Source: Squalus acanthias
Taxonomy: Eukaryota
Assembly: GCA_030390025.1 (NCBI GenBank)
Contig: CM059432.1
Coordinates: 11,532,001-11,596,000, forward strand
DNA length: 64,000 nucleotides
Direction of reading: 5' to 3'
Notes under the pieces: generated by a model
What the model was told of the DNA's origin: nothing
The model's input: only the letters and a program-made list of their open reading frames with translations
Database searches by the model: none
Translations under genes and position numbers: made by a program
Shown here: positions 36,451-50,021 of the stretch, in pieces
Position numbering within the stretch: position 1 is the first letter of the stretch
How the letters are laid out: every line of letters starts with the position of its first letter

Positions 36451-37075
36451 GGGCTGGATTTTCCTCTGTGATCCTGCCCAATTTTGGTTGGGGCACCAAC
36501 AATGGAAAATGGAGCTTAATCCGACAGCGAGGCTTACCACCGACTCCCAGCCTTGTGCTCCATTTCCCGGTCCGCTGGGACATGACATCCTGCTGGCCTC
36601 CCAATCAGTTGCATGTAAATGCCAGCGGGGAGGGCAAACAGCGCTACCTGGCCCATTTCCCCTCCCTCGGACTGCCCGGTTGTAATAGGTTGCGGTAGGC
36701 CCAGGTTAGTGACGAGACATCCGTGAATTTTCTTAATGGTGTGGGTGGGGGGGTGGAAGAGACCCCAAGCATTTAGCTTTGTAGGTCACGGTCTTGGTTG
36801 GTTTGTTCATCTTCAAGGCTTTTCTACCCCTTGAACCTCCCTCGCCGCCTGTTTGGTTGCTGCAGCGATGGTCCTGTTGCAGCACCGCCCCGATTTCTGT
36901 GTGTTGCCGTGGTGGGCGGGCTCCCACTAGGTGGCAGGTGTCGTGCCAGGAGCCCGTCCTGCATTGCAAACGGCTCCTGACCCAGGAAAACGGGGCAGGC
37001 TTACAGTGGGGTTGGAGCGGGCAGTCCGAAGTCCTGTCCCGCTGCTCCTCTTGATGCAGGATGGAAATCCAGACT
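36451..37075. mobile_element. GC-rich MITE-like element, probably Harbinger-related
   Basis: Imperfect TIR ggctggattttcc / ggaaatccagac; no clean TSD seen. Confidence 0.5.
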
Positions 37076-37264
37076 TAGACCTTGGACTCGAGGGAGTTTT
37101 GGCAACAAGCCAGTGCCCCACTCTGAGTACCACGCACCAACCAGCCACATCTGTCAATAAACCAATCCCCTTTCTGCCTCCCAGTGCCAAGCTTTGTACT
37201 TCTGGTGAGGGTGGGAACAGCAGAGTCTGAGACCTAAGCTTATTAAAAGAGCATTGTAAGTACT

Positions 37265-38985
37265 AAGAACATAAGAACATAAGAAATAGGAGCAGGAGTA
37301 GGCCACTTGGCCCCTCGAGCCTGCTCTGCCATTCAATGAGATCATGGCTGATCTTGGGCTCAAAGCCACTTCCCCGCCCGCTCCCCATAACCCTTCACTC
37401 CTTTATCTTGCTAAAATCTGTCTATCTCCACCTTAAATGTATTTAATGACCCAGCCTCCACAGCTCTCTGGAGCAGAGAATGCCACAGATTTACAACCCT
37501 CAGAGAAGAAATTCCTCCTCATCTCAGTTCTAAAAGGGCGACCCCTTTATTCTGAAACTATGCCCCCGAGTTCTAGATTTCCCCACGAGGGGAAACATCC
37601 TCTCTGCATCTACCTTGTCGAGCCCCCCTCGGTATCTTAAAGCGAACAATACTGCTCCATGACTGTGGCATTTTTGTGATACAAACCAGTGTTATCATAT
37701 AAAGATGTAGGATACTGCAGCTGTAGGAACTGAGGTTTATATGGGATGATCCCGAGGGAAGTTGGGTAAGAACGTAAGAATTCGGAGCAGGAGTCGGCCA
37801 TACGGCTCTTTGAGCCTGCTCCGCCATTCAGTAAGATCATGGCTGATCTTCGACCTCAACCCCACCTTTCCGCGCTATCCCCATATCCCTCGATTCCCTT
37901 AGTATCCAGGTAAGGCAGGAAAATGTTGCTGGAAGACTGGAAGGTAGAAAGTGTGACACCCCTGTTTGAAAAAAGGAGACCGAGATAAGCCGGGAAATTA
38001 TAGCCCAGTTAGCCTTCATTTCAGTTGTTGGTAAATTGCTAGTCTCACTAATGCTGGATGAAGTTACTCAGCACTCGGAGAAACATGAGCTGATCAATGC
38101 CAATCAGCGCGGATTTCTGAAAGGCAGGTCGTGCCTGACCAACTTTGTTTAATTTCTTTAAAGAGTTCTGTAGAGAATAGATAAAGAGAAATTCAGTAGA
38201 AGTGATCGATACGGATTTTCAAAAAAACTTTTGATAAGGTACCAGACAAAGAGATGGTTGGAGCAAAGGATAGGGATAAAAGTACATTTCATAGATCGGA
38301 AATATGTGACATTTAGTGTTCACACGGGTCAGTTTTTGGGCCATTCTCATTTACGAGAACGTAACTGATCTGGACTTGAGTAATTAAGCGAACAATATGA
38401 AAATTTGTTGATAACTTTTTTTTTATTAATTCCCGGGATGTGGGAGGTAGCTGGCAGTGCCAGCATTTATTGCCCATCCCTAATTGCCCTTTGATACAAC
38501 TGTGTGGCTTGCTGGGCCATTTCAGAGAGCAGTTAAGAGTCAACCACATTGCTGTAAGTCTGGCCTCACATATAGGCCAGACCGGGTAAGGACGGCAGAT
38601 TTCCTTCCCTAAAGCAAATTAGGGGAACGGCAAATTGTGATGAAGATCTGACACGTACCTGTGCAGCAGGACATACCTAGGCTAACCGGATAGACAGATA
38701 GGTGGCGAGTGCCGTTCAACGTAGAGGGATATAAAATAATACATTTTGGAATTAAGATTAGGTAAAGGAAATACACCTTAAATGGTAATATTTTATAAAG
38801 AGTAGAGATGCAGATCCTTGGTTTTGTATCTATTTTCTACATATAGAATGTAAAAGCAAGTAGCTAATAGTGAACCTTTACAAGACATTAGTTAGGTTGC
38901 AGTTGGAGTATTGTGTGAAGTTTTGGTCATCCTATTATAAGCAGAATGTAAAAGCGAAGGAAAAGGTGTGGGCGTAGATTCAGTG
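37265..38985. mobile_element. CR1 fragments (minus 37265-37640 and 37768-37905; old plus copy 37908-38985)
   Basis: 3' UTR hairpins plus decayed NYSPVSL / QRGF / DFQK motifs. Confidence 0.75.
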
Positions 38986-39634
38986 GGCTGTACTGGGGCG
39001 AGAGGTCACAGTTAAAACGGAACTGTGCAAAGACTTTTTCTGCCAGTTTAATGATTGCCTGAGTGGCACGAGTGAGCTCCAGCAGAGTGTGTCGGTGGTG
39101 TTAGAACCAACACGTTCTTTGTCTTTCATTCCCTGAGCAAAGTCAACTTTTCTGCCGGAAAGCCTGCGTTTTCCCACGCCGGCCCGTCTTTTATCTCCGT
39201 GTGGTACTTTCCATCCTCGTTACTTTAGTTATTCTGTTATTTTATGATTTGTCAGTACACAGAGGAAAAAATATGCGGAGGCATATATATTATAATGAGC
39301 CACATCAACCAAGGGCAAAACGTTTGGTGTGATCACATAGAAAAATAAATGCGGTGCGATCGAGGCAGCGACTGTACAGTAAAATTACTTGAACTTATTT
39401 CCGTATTCTTCAAATTGAAGTTAAAACATTGTTTACAATAAATCTACTTTTTTTGGTTTATGAAAGTGTTCTTGTTCAGACTGCATCGCAGGAAATGAAG
39501 GCATGGAGTAGCTGATGTAACCGGATCTGTTTGTGATCTGATCGCGTCGATTGAATGTCTAGCGAGAGGTCTGCAACCACCATAGTTTAAAAAAAAAAAA
39601 GAGAATTCTCTGATGCTGTAGGTTTGTGTAACCT

Positions 39635-39966
39635 CTGTTTCCACTTATGGGGGAGGAAAGAGTCCAAAACTAGGGGTCATCAATATAAGATAGTCACTAA
39701 TAAATCTAATAAGGAATTCGGGAGAAATGTCTTTACCCAGAGAGTGGTTAGGATGTGGAACTCGCTACCACAAGGAGCAGTTGAGGCAAATAGTATAGAT
39801 GCATTTAAAGGGGAAGCCGGATAAACACATGAGGGAGAAAGGAATAGAAAGATATGCTGATAGGGTGAGATGAAGTAGAGTGGGAGGAGGCTCGTGTGGA
39901 GCATAAACACCGGCACGGACCAGTTGGGCCGAATGGCCTATTTTTGTGATGTAAATTCTATGTAAC
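39635..39966 (+). mobile_element. CR1 LINE 3' end
   Basis: ORF 39624-39824 and 3' UTR. Confidence 0.83.
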
Positions 39967-40330
39967 CTCCACCTTTACTCTGTTAGATTTGCGTCATTTC
40001 CTGTTATGTTATTAATACCGGTCTCTAGAGAGCAACATAGACATCACAAAACCTCTGTCTGCCATTGTCGACGTCTTTTGTCTTACAGATGAAATTTAGC
40101 GAGTAATTTATTCTGCAATATCAGCGGTCGATCTGTTTGAAACTAATCGGGTGAAAGTAAGATTTTAGAACAGGCTTGCTAGCCCTGATGTTGAAAGTTC
40201 AGCCTACAAGAATGAGCGTGTTATTTTTATATCCAATACTGTCTATATCTGAACTCTAGATAAAAATGGCCAGCCCTGCCTATTGAGACTCGCCCATTTA
40301 ATGCCACAGGTCTGACTGCGTAGACACACT

Positions 40331-40646
40331 GGGGGCGATTTTAACCCTACTCGCTCAACAGAAACCTGGCGGGTGGGCAGTTGAAATCTCCCTGGCTCTT
40401 ACCTGTCCAAAAGCCGCCATGATCGCAGCCAACGTTCCCTTCAATTGTTTTTTGGGTGAGCGGTCCCAAAATAACGCACCTTTTTTTTCCTATTTAAAAG
40501 CCGGTGATCCGGCTGCGCGGACGCGCCCGGAGCCAACAGGGTCCTTCTTTACATATACATGTTGTGGCTCGATGACCTCGTTGAGACCCGACTGTAATTT
40601 TAACTCCGGCCTGAGCGGGGCAGCCACCTGGAGTTAAAATCGGGGC
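40331..40646. mobile_element. Short MITE-like element
   Basis: Inverted termini gggggcgattttaac / gttaaaatcgggg, resembling the ends of other G-rich MITEs in this window. Confidence 0.55.
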
Positions 40647-41331
40647 AGTGCCGATGTTCTGCTCCCCCCCCAACGTTTCACGCAAGTCAGTGCCAATGTA
40701 CAAAAGAATGATTAATCCTCAGCGGTAATTAATGTTGCATTTGGTCTATATGAAGTCATTAATTACGAGTAGGTCTTATATTTATATTACAACGACTTGC
40801 GCTAACATAGCACCTTTAACGTTGAAAAGCGTCCCACGGCGAGGTGTGATGGGGGGGGGGGGGGCAAAAAATATATATTTGTAATATAAATGTAGAGCCT
40901 GTTTAATATGAATATGTTTTATATTCACATTACAAATATTCGAGAGTATTGCTGCAAGGAATAACCTGTTTTAGATTGCATCTATCCATTAACATCCTTA
41001 CTAATTAGGCCTGCAGAGGATGTGGCATTTTATTTCCCAGATAACTCGACCTGGGTCAGTGTGTTGAGCATCAATACATTCTGATCTGTACTTCCCTTTA
41101 TCTAAATCCTCTGCCTGCCATTCCCTCTACAACTTAATATTAAAAATGCATGTCCACATAGCTTGCTGTGAGCCTTAAACTGGAAAGGAGCAAATTAGGA
41201 CTGCAAATGAGATTGATCACAACCTCGCTCTCTGTAAGACTGCGTGTTCCTAACATATGTTCCCCACATCCATATTCCATTAACTTCCAAATTATAACTT
41301 GCTCCCCCAGACATTTTATATCACAGTCAAC

Positions 41332-41524
41332 TTGTTGTTTCGTATGATGGGAAAAGCTTATTATGGGATGTCTAGTTTGGCTGTCCATTCGATGGCCTCC
41401 TGAGATGCCGAGTGGAGAAATGAGGTGCCTCCCGCAACAGATCTCAGTGGGCAGGTTGGTGCGATGTGTTCCACGGTCTGGGACTCGTGGCCACAGTCGC
41501 ACTTCGGGTCGTCCCCCCATCTAG
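41332..41524 (-). mobile_element. Vingi (Ingi/I-group) LINE 3' end
   Basis: Minus strand encodes the C-terminal zinc knuckle PKCDCGHESQTVEHIAPTCP...EAIEW. (caa) tail; TSD cagtcaac(t) at 41324-41331 / 41525-41532. Confidence 0.75.
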
Positions 41525-41878
41525 CAGTCAACTGTTTCTCAGCTAGTCAAAGCGGGCATCTTTTTCAGCCTGTTTAATATCCTGCTCACTTTTTGAAAAG
41601 GAAGCTCTTGTGAAGATGAGCCCATTGTACAAGTTCCCATCAGAACAGCATTTCCTTTTCTGTTTTGGTTGCTTCCCAGATTGAGTATTGACTGCCAATG
41701 GGAATTTTTGGCTTATAATTCAGAAATGATTGATGGAGTACCCTTGTCGAGGGAAATTATATCTAATTTTTTTTTTGCTTATAGCATTCGAGCATTTTTT
41801 TTTTCCTTTTCTATAATACTTTGGTTTTGGCACACTTCCAGTCAACTTCATGGATTGAATGGTCAACGCCTATTTTGC

Positions 41879-41968
41879 TTTAGGGTAAAGTGTAACTCGG
41901 GTTTTAGGGTAAAGTGTAACTCGGGTTTTAGGGTAAAGTGTAATTCAGGTTAAGTGTAATTCGGGTTA
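41879..41968. repeat. 24-bp tandem repeat tttagggtaaagtgtaactcgggt, 3 copies plus a partial copy
   Basis: Directly visible. Confidence 0.9.
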
Positions 41969-42019
41969 CCAGCCCTATCTTTTTAATAAGTGGCCCTGCA
42001 TTCCTAGCGGGAATTGGTT

Positions 42020-42717
42020 AGCCCTACAACCCTCCGAGATCTCTGCACTCCTCCAATTCTGGCCTCTTGCGCATCCCCGATTTTAATCGCTCCACCATTG
42101 GTGGCTGTGCCCTCAGCTGCCAAGTCCCAAAGCTCTGGAATTCCTTCCCTAAACTCTCCGCCTCTCTGCCTCTCTCTCCTCCTTTAAGACGCTCCTTAAA
42201 ACCTACCTCTTTGACCAAGCTTTTGGTCATCTGAGCTAATATCTCCTTATGTGGCTCGGTGTCCAATTTTGGTTGATAATGCTCCTGTGAAGCGCCTTGG
42301 GACGTTTTACTATGTCAACAACAACAACAACTTGTATTTATATAGCACCTTTTAACGTAAAACTTCCCAAGGTGCTTCACAGGAGTATTATAAGACACAA
42401 AATTTGACACCGAGCCACATAAGGAGAAATTAGGGCGGGTGACCAAAAGCTTGGTCAAAGAGGTAGGTTTTAAGGAGCGTCTTAAAGGAGGAAAGAGAGG
42501 CAGAGAGGTTTAGGCAGGGAATTCCAGAGATTAGGGCCTAGGCAACAGAAGACACGGCCGCCAATGGTTGAGTGATTATAATCAGGGATGCTCAAGAGGG
42601 CAGAATTAGAAGGATGCAAATATATATCTTGGGGGGGGTGGGTGGTTGTGGGGCTGAAGGAGATTACAGAGATTGGGAGGGGTTAAAGGCGCTATATAAA
42701 TACATGTTGTTGTTGTC
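42020..42717. mobile_element. Plus L2 3' end with a minus L2 3' end (42316-42682) inserted in its tail
   Basis: The host tail resumes at ~42683 (taaaggcgctatataaat...gttgttg). Confidence 0.85.
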
Positions 42718-43004
42718 ATGTGATGGAACCTCCAGGAATACATCCAACCAGAGTTGGCAACCCTACTTAGGCCCTATGCCCAGCCATCTCTTGGATCAGA
42801 CAGGGCTAGGCAGCAAAGGTAACGAGAACCAGTGTAAGGAGGTTAGAAGTTTTTGCTAGGGGCGGGGGACAGTACTGGAGATCTTCCGGTTGCTGTTGTT
42901 TAACAGTCCAACTTTGCCTGACATTCCTCCCTGTTTCCAGGCACTAGGATCTGCCCGTGGGAGGGAGTGCCGGGGGTGGGTGGGGGGATGGTGGGTGGCG
43001 GTGC

Positions 43005-43210
43005 TAGGGTTCCCAACTCTGGTTGGGCATATTCCTGGAGGTGACCTCCTTATAATTAATAGACAAAAATGGTTCAAAGAAAATGTTTTTCAAAAGACAA
43101 CGCTTCATTGCCCTTGTGACTTTTCTCCTGGCTGGCTCGCAGCAGTGTCCTGGAGGTTAGTCTTAAGTTCCTGCAGACTCCAGGGCAATCCTGGAGCGTT
43201 GGCGACCCTA
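43005..43210. mobile_element. Small MITE with tagggtt(g/c)ccaac-type termini (hAT-like)
   Basis: TIR tagggttcccaac / gttggcgacccta; TSD not clear. Confidence 0.6.
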
Positions 43211-44057
43211 GAAGGGTGCGTGTCCGGCCTCTGTTGGTGAACTGAAGCTGGAAATACTGCTGGGTTCAGGTCATTGCAGGTGGCGTGCACTTCAAGTGCT
43301 TTGCCACCAGGCGTGGGGTGGGGGGGTTGCCCCTTGTATGTTTGGACTTTCTGACTATAAATTCCGTGGTAGTGCTTGGATTAGTGTTGTGGATCTTGAA
43401 GTCTATCCTATAACTGAACTTCTCAAACAATCTAACCGACAGGGAGCAGATTTTTTAGAAGCCAAGGTAAGCCTATAACAAATACGTCATACAGATTACA
43501 GATGCCTGTGTTTTTAAAAAAAAAGTTCACCAAGGTATTTAGTACGAATGCATTAAGCGTTTTATATGGGAGCAGCTCTGGTCAAAAAATATACCTGGCG
43601 TAGATTTAGTGCACATGCCTGAATTACTTTGGGGAAATTAGTGTGGGAGTAGAGGGGAGTTGTTGCCTTGGGGCTTTCCTGAATGTTAATTGACTGTTAA
43701 AATAGGCAGCAGACATCATTATTGTTTCCAGAGCCATTGCTGTAGTTCCAAATCAGTGGAGGCAAGATTTGCCTCATTTGGATCAGGCTTTGTTGCAGGA
43801 AACCCAGCCTGCAGGCCCGATGTGGGCTTATCGATTTTTTCCTCTGGTGGCCTGAAGAGCTTCCTCAGGATTTATGCTCAACTAATGTACCGGCCAATAT
43901 CAATAGTCGTTACTTCGCACCCAAGTGATTCAGCTAATTAAACATTTATTTTTTTTAGCACTTCATTTTGCTTTAATAATTCAATAATCCGGAGCGGGTG
44001 GCGATTAACATGATGGACAGGCACCAGGGGTTAAGTCTTTGCTGCTAGTGTGGAAAA

Positions 44058-45130
44058 TGGTCACAGTCTAAGGATAAGGGGTAAGTCATTTAGGACAGAA
44101 ATGAGGAGGAATTTCTTCACCCAGAGAGTGGTGAACCTGTGGAATTCTCTACCACAAAAGGCAGTAAAGGCCAATTCATTAAATAGATTCAAGAAGGAGT
44201 TGGATATATTTCTTAAGGCTAAAGGGATCAAGGGATATGGGGAGAAAGCAGAGCCAGGGTTCTGAATTTGGATGATCAGCCATGATCGCATTGAATGGCG
44301 GAGCAGGCTCGAGGGGCCGAATGGCCTACTCCTGCTCCTATCTTCTATGATTCTATGATTCTAGGCAAGTTTAACAAGTATGAGTGGATTCCATCCCGGC
44401 TGCAAATTCTACTCCCCTTTATTCTTAAGAACTTTAGAAATAGGAGCAGGATTCGGCCATACAGCCCATCGAGCTCACTGCGCCATTTACTAAGATCATG
44501 GCTGAACTTCTACATCAACTCCACCTTCCCGCACTATCTCCATATCCCTTGATTCCCCTTAGTGCCCAAAAATCTATCGATCACCGTCTTGAATATACTC
44601 ATCGACTGAGCATCTCAGTCCTAAATGGTCGACTCCTTATCCTGAGACTGTGACCCCTGGTTCTAGACTCTCCAGCCAGGGGAAACAGCCTCTCAGCATC
44701 TACCCTGTCAAGCCCTCTAAGAATTTTAAATGTTTCAATGAGATCACCTCTCACTCTTCTAAACTCCAGAGAATATAGGCCCAATCTACTCAATCTCTCC
44801 TCATAGGACAACCCTCTCATCCCAGGAATCAATCTAGTGAAACTTCATTGCACCCCCTCTAGGGCAAGTATATCCTTCCTTGTGTAAGGAGACCAAATCT
44901 GTACACCATACTCCAGGTGTGGTCTCACCAAAGCCCTGTATAATTGCAGATAGACTTCCTTACTCTTATACTCTAACCCCCTTGCAATAAAGGCTAACAT
45001 GTCATTTGCCTTCCTAATTGCTTGCTGTACCTGCATGTTAACTTTCTGTGATTCATGTACAAGAACCTCAAAATCCCTCTGAATACCAACATTTACTAGT
45101 CTCTCACCTTTTAAAAATATTCTTCATTTC
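44058..45130. mobile_element. CR1 3' ends, plus 44058-44362 and minus 44432-45130
   Basis: ORFs 44050-44265, 44599-44832 and 44845-45036. Confidence 0.85.
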
Positions 45131-45199
45131 CATTCTTTCTTACTTCTGCAGTTGTTAGACCATGTGAGCGTGTCCTGGTCTGTTATTTATGGCATTTCA

Positions 45200-45628
45200 T
45201 CTGTGGCTCAGTTGGTAGCACACTCTCCTCTGGGTCAGAAGGTTGTGGGTTCAAGTCCCACTCCAGAGACTTGAGCACATAATCCAGGCTGACATTGCAA
45301 CATAGTACTGAGGGAGTGCTGCACTGTCAGAGGTGCCATCTTTCAGATGAGATGTTGAACCGAGGCCTCATATGCACTCTCTGGTGGATGTAAAAGATCC
45401 TATGGCACTATTTCAGAGAAGAGCAGGGGAGTTCTCCCTGGTGTCGTGGCCAACATTTATCCCTCAACCAACATCACTAAAAACAAAGGACCTTTATGTG
45501 TGCAAATTGGCTACGCGTTTCCTACATTACAACAGTGCAATGCAGGAAACGGGGTACGTCATTGGCTGTAAAGCTTGTTGGGATGTCCTGAGGTCATGAA
45601 AGGCGCTATATAAATGCAAGTCTTTCTC
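45200..45628 (+). mobile_element. SacSINE1-like DeuSINE
   Basis: A/B boxes, Deu domain and L2-like tail. Confidence 0.87.
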
Positions 45629-45745
45629 CAGGTACCAGGTATGACCTAATTACATTGCATAGACATGAACATTCTTTGCTGAGGCAAAAAATGAAAAAGT
45701 TAATGGCCTTAAGTATATGGCAGTGAAAAGGCACAACAGCAGAGC

Positions 45746-46060
45746 TCACAGAATCACAGAATCCCCACAATGCAGATAGAGGCCATTTCAGCCCATCGAG
45801 CTTGCACCGACACATATCCCACCCTATCCCCATAACCCCACGTATTTAATCCCCCTAACACTAAGGGTCAATTTATCATGGCCAAATCAACCTAACCCGC
45901 ACATCTTTGGACTGTGGGAGGAAACCGGAGCACCCGGAGGAAACCCACGCAGACACGGGGAGAATGTGCAAACTCCACACAGACAGTCACCCGAGGCCGG
46001 ATTCGAACCCGGGTCCCTGGCACTGTGAGGCAACAGTGCTAACCACTATGCCACCGTGCC
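45746..46060 (-). mobile_element. HE1-type V-SINE (elasmobranch tRNA-derived SINE with CR1-derived tail)
   Basis: Minus strand ggcacggtggcatagtggttagcactg...ggttcgaatcc head, V domain (gtctgcgtgggtttcctccgggtgctccggtttcctcccacagtccaaaga) and (attctgtg)n tail. Confidence 0.9.
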
Positions 46061-46093
46061 ATCATGCAAAGCAACATTAAACTGCCCTGTCGT

Positions 46094-47412
46094 TAAGAAC
46101 ATAAGAATTAGGAGAAGGAGTAGACCATGCGGCCCCTCGAGCCTGCTCCACCATTCAATAAGATCATGGCTGATCTTCGACCTCAATGCCGATTTCCCCT
46201 AGAGTCCTATGTTCCTAGTCCAAAAATCTATCTATCTCAGCCTTGAATATACTCAACGATTCAGCATCCACAGCCCTCTGGAGTAGCAAATTCCAAAGAT
46301 TCACATCGCTCTGAGTGAAGAAATTCCTTCTCATCTCAATCTTAAATGGGCAACCCCTTATCCTGAGACTATGCCCCCTCGTTCTAGACTCTCCAGCCAA
46401 GGGTCAGAAGGTGGGTAGTGGTGTTCCACAAGGATCAGTGCTGGGACCACTGCTGTTCACAATTTACATTAACGATTTAGACTTTGGAATCAAAAACACA
46501 ATTTCTAAATTTGCGGATGACACCAAATTGGGGGGGATAGTCAATACTGAGGAGGACTGCAACAAGTTACAGGAGGACATTAATAAACTTTAAGAATGGG
46601 CATATAATTGGCAAATGAAGTTCAACACAGATAAATGTGAGGTATTACATTTTGGTAGGAAGAATAGGGAGGTCACTTATTACTTGGAGGGTGCGAGTCT
46701 AGGTGGGGTAAAGGTACAAAGGGATCTAGGAGTACAAATACACAAATCACTAAAAGTCGCGACACAGGTTAGCAAGGCCATAAAAAAGCAAACCAAGCAC
46801 TAGGGTTTATTTCTAGAGGGATAGAATTGAAAAGTAGGGAAGTTATGCTAAACTTATATCGAACCTTGGTTAGACCACACTTGGAATACTGCGTACAGTT
46901 CTGGTCGCCATATTATAAAAAGGGTATAGAGGCACTGGAGAGGGTGCAGAGAAGATTTACAAGGATGATACCAGAAATGCAAGGGTATACATATCAGGAA
47001 AGGATGAATAGGCTGGGTCTCTTTTCGCTTGAAAAAAGAAGGCTGAGGGGTGACCTAATAGAGGTCTTTAAAATTATGAAAGGTTTTGATAGAGTGGATA
47101 CAGAGAGAATGTTTCCACTTGTGGGGAAGAGCATAACTATGAGGCCATCAATATAAGATAGTCACCAAGAAATCCAATAGGGAATTCAGAAGTAACCTCT
47201 TTACCCAGAGAGTGGTGAGAGTGTGGAACTCGCTACCACAGGGAGTGGTTGAAGCGAATAGTGTAGATGCATTTAAGGGGCGGTTAGAGAAGCATATGAG
47301 GGAGAAGGGAATAGAGGGTTATGCTGATAGATTTAGATGAGGAAAGACGGGAGGAGGCTCGTGTGGAGCATAAACGCCGGCATGGACTGGTTGTGCCGTA
47401 TATCCCATGTAA
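46094..47412. mobile_element. CR1 minus 3' end (46094-46400) joined to a plus CR1 RT-to-3' fragment (46400-47412)
   Basis: GVPQGSVLGP...FADDTKL and later CR1 motifs. Confidence 0.88.
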
Positions 47413-48049
47413 TAATCACAGATAATCTGGTTGGTTTTCTGCAACTTGGCCACGTTCAAACGTACATTCCATTGCTGAATGGCAGTGGAATGAGGTGCCA
47501 TTGTATGTTTTGAGGAACCGGGAAGTCGGTCTCCAGATTGGAAACCACCCGTTCTGGTGGCTGCTGCCTCGGCCTTTCACTATGCCATTGATTTTATAAT
47601 AAATCTTCTGCCACTCCCTGTCTGAATTCTTTTGCCTTATGGCTCAATTCTCTGTTCTACTTGCAACCGAACAGCAGAATTGATTGAGCTGGGGCTGTGG
47701 TTTTTTTTTTCTGGTATTTCTTTTTCTTGTCAGCAGCCGCAGCTACTGTTGTGACCTGCCGCCGATTTGAGATTGGGAGTCAGAAAATGAAATCTCCCTC
47801 CCCGCAGCACCCCTTACTAAGGCTCATCGAGTTCCCTCAGAAAACCAGATATTCATTGTTTACTAAGTAACAATGATCTGCTCGCTGCCTCAGAGGAGAG
47901 TCTTTGCTTTCCTGTCTTGCCAAAAGCCTGCCTTCACATCCGGATTTTTTTTTTTTTTGTTGACTCCATTGGGCTAGGGTCAGTTTGGATTAACCTGCAC
48001 CAGTATTCAGCATGCGGCCGATCTGCTTTTCTGGGATTAGAGTCCGATT

Positions 48050-48788
48050 TAAACTCTGGAATTCCCTCCCTAAACTCTCTCCGCCGCTGTTTTAGGATAT
48101 TCCTTAGAACCTCCCTCTTTGACCAAGCTTTTTGGTCGCCTGTCCTGATATCTCCTTCTGTGGCTCGGTGTCAACATTTTGTTTTGATAACGCTCCTGTG
48201 AAGCGCCCCGGGACGTTTTACTACATTAAAGGGGCTATAGAAATGCAAGTAGTTGTTGTTGTAATGATTGGGATTCGACTATAAGGTATGGAATTGGGTC
48301 GTTGGGTTCAAAGCTCAAGAAGCTCGACGCCATGCAGGACAAAGCAGGCCCGCTTGATTGGGACCCCATCCGCCACCTTCAACATTCACTCCCTCCACCA
48401 CCGGCGCACCGTGGCTGTAGTGTGTACCATCTACAAGATGCACTGCAGCAACTCGCCAAGGCTTCTTCGGCAGCACCTCCCAAACCCGCGACCTCTTCCA
48501 CCTAGAAGGACAAGGGCAGCAGGCGCATGGGAACACCACCACCTCCAAGTTCCCCTCCAAGTCACACACCATCCTGACTTAGAAGTATATCACCGATCCT
48601 TCATCGTCGCTGGGTCAAAATCCTGGAACTCCCTCCCTAACAGCACTGTGGGAGTACCTTCACCACGCGGACTGCAGCGGTTCAAGAAGGCGGCTCACCA
48701 CCACCTTCTCAAGGGCAACTAGGGATGGGCAATAAATGCTGGCATTGCCAGCGACGCCCACATCCCATAAACGAATAAAAAAAAAAAG
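48050..48788 (+). mobile_element. L2 tail (48050-48263) followed by the second CR1/L2-group LINE 3' end (48305-48788)
   Basis: Same motifs as 14010-14430 and 6015-6697 respectively. Confidence 0.8.
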
Positions 48789-49666
48789 CTCACTCCTCTC
48801 CGGTTTACTCGGGACACTGCTTTTATATTGGTTTTAGCGCCACTGGCTCCCAATCCTAAGATCCGGTGTAGCTGGCGGCACCAGCCAAGTAACTTCAGCG
48901 ATTCAGGCAAAATTACTCTGGTGTGGCCGGCTGCGCAGAATGAAGACGCCAGGAACCAGCGGCAGTCGACTACACTCTCGACTCCTCTGGCTCAGGGCTC
49001 CCTGCTGTCAATTACCACCTTTTCTTTACAAAAAAAAAAGGAGCTGGATGAATTACTAGTTACGAACAAGATTATAAGGATATAAACACAGATGAAGGAG
49101 ATTGAATGCTGTGTGTGGGACATGCTGGCTCCTGAACTGTTGGCACCGTGGGAATATCACACTGGCTGAGGGTATATAGCTCGATGGGAATGCTGCTATT
49201 TTGCTTGATTGCTGGAAAGAAGAAAGAAAGACTTACATTTCTATAGCGCCTTTCACAACATTCCAAAATGCTTTACAGCCAATGAAGTACTTTTTGAAGT
49301 GTAGTCACTGTTGCAATGTAGGAAACGTGGCAGCCAATGTGTGCACAGCAAGCTCCCACAAACAGCACTGACCTTGCCATGGCCAAGTGCTCTGACAACG
49401 CTACCAGTACCAGTCTGGCAATCGCACTGACACTAGCGTATGTATTGCCTTGTTTGGTACTAGTCTGTTGTTTTATTGATCTATCACTAAACAAATTGTA
49501 CTTGCCCCCCCCCCCCACCACCAACCCTCCATTCAAACCTACTTTCTTAAAACTGGACGTTTCCTCTGCCTCTGAGTCTGTGGATGAAGCATCGGCTGTC
49601 AGACCCGTGCGTTCTGTGGCCGACACTGCTCACATCATTGGCTGCAGCATCATGAAAAGTAATATA

Positions 49667-50021
49667 CAGGAAACTCTCGTTTAAACGGCACCTAAATATC
49701 CGAAATTCTCTAATAACCGGCAGAATTCATACTCCAAAAACTACAGTATACAGTCGTTTATAAGTTTTGTTTTACTGTTAAGTAATTAAAGAGTTATGGA
49801 TTACCCTCAACTGGAATTACTGTACTTAATCAAGCATCTTCCACCATCCATTTAACACAACATTCTGTAGGTGAGTACCCAATTATACTGCACATTTCTT
49901 GATTTTTTTATTTCTGTTTGTTAAAAATAGCCTCGGTAGACATACCTCTCCGTTATCCGGAATTTTTAATCAACCGGCACCATCCCGGTCCCGTCGGTGC
50001 CGGATACCAAAGAGTTTCCTG
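49667..50021. mobile_element. Tc1/mariner (Tigger/pogo-like) MITE, 355 bp
   Basis: TA TSD (49665-66 / 50022-23), TIR caggaaactct / agagtttcctg, and repeated subterminal motif (aaccggca). Confidence 0.82.

Noticed and set aside
40089..40156. Possible poison exon (ttttgtcttacag| ... |gtaaga)
   Set aside because: Splice-like motifs only, with an immediate stop and no independent evidence.
41879..41968. CRISPR-like or telomere-like array
   Set aside because: The units are contiguous with no spacers, the context is eukaryotic, and TTAGGG occurs only once per 24-bp unit.
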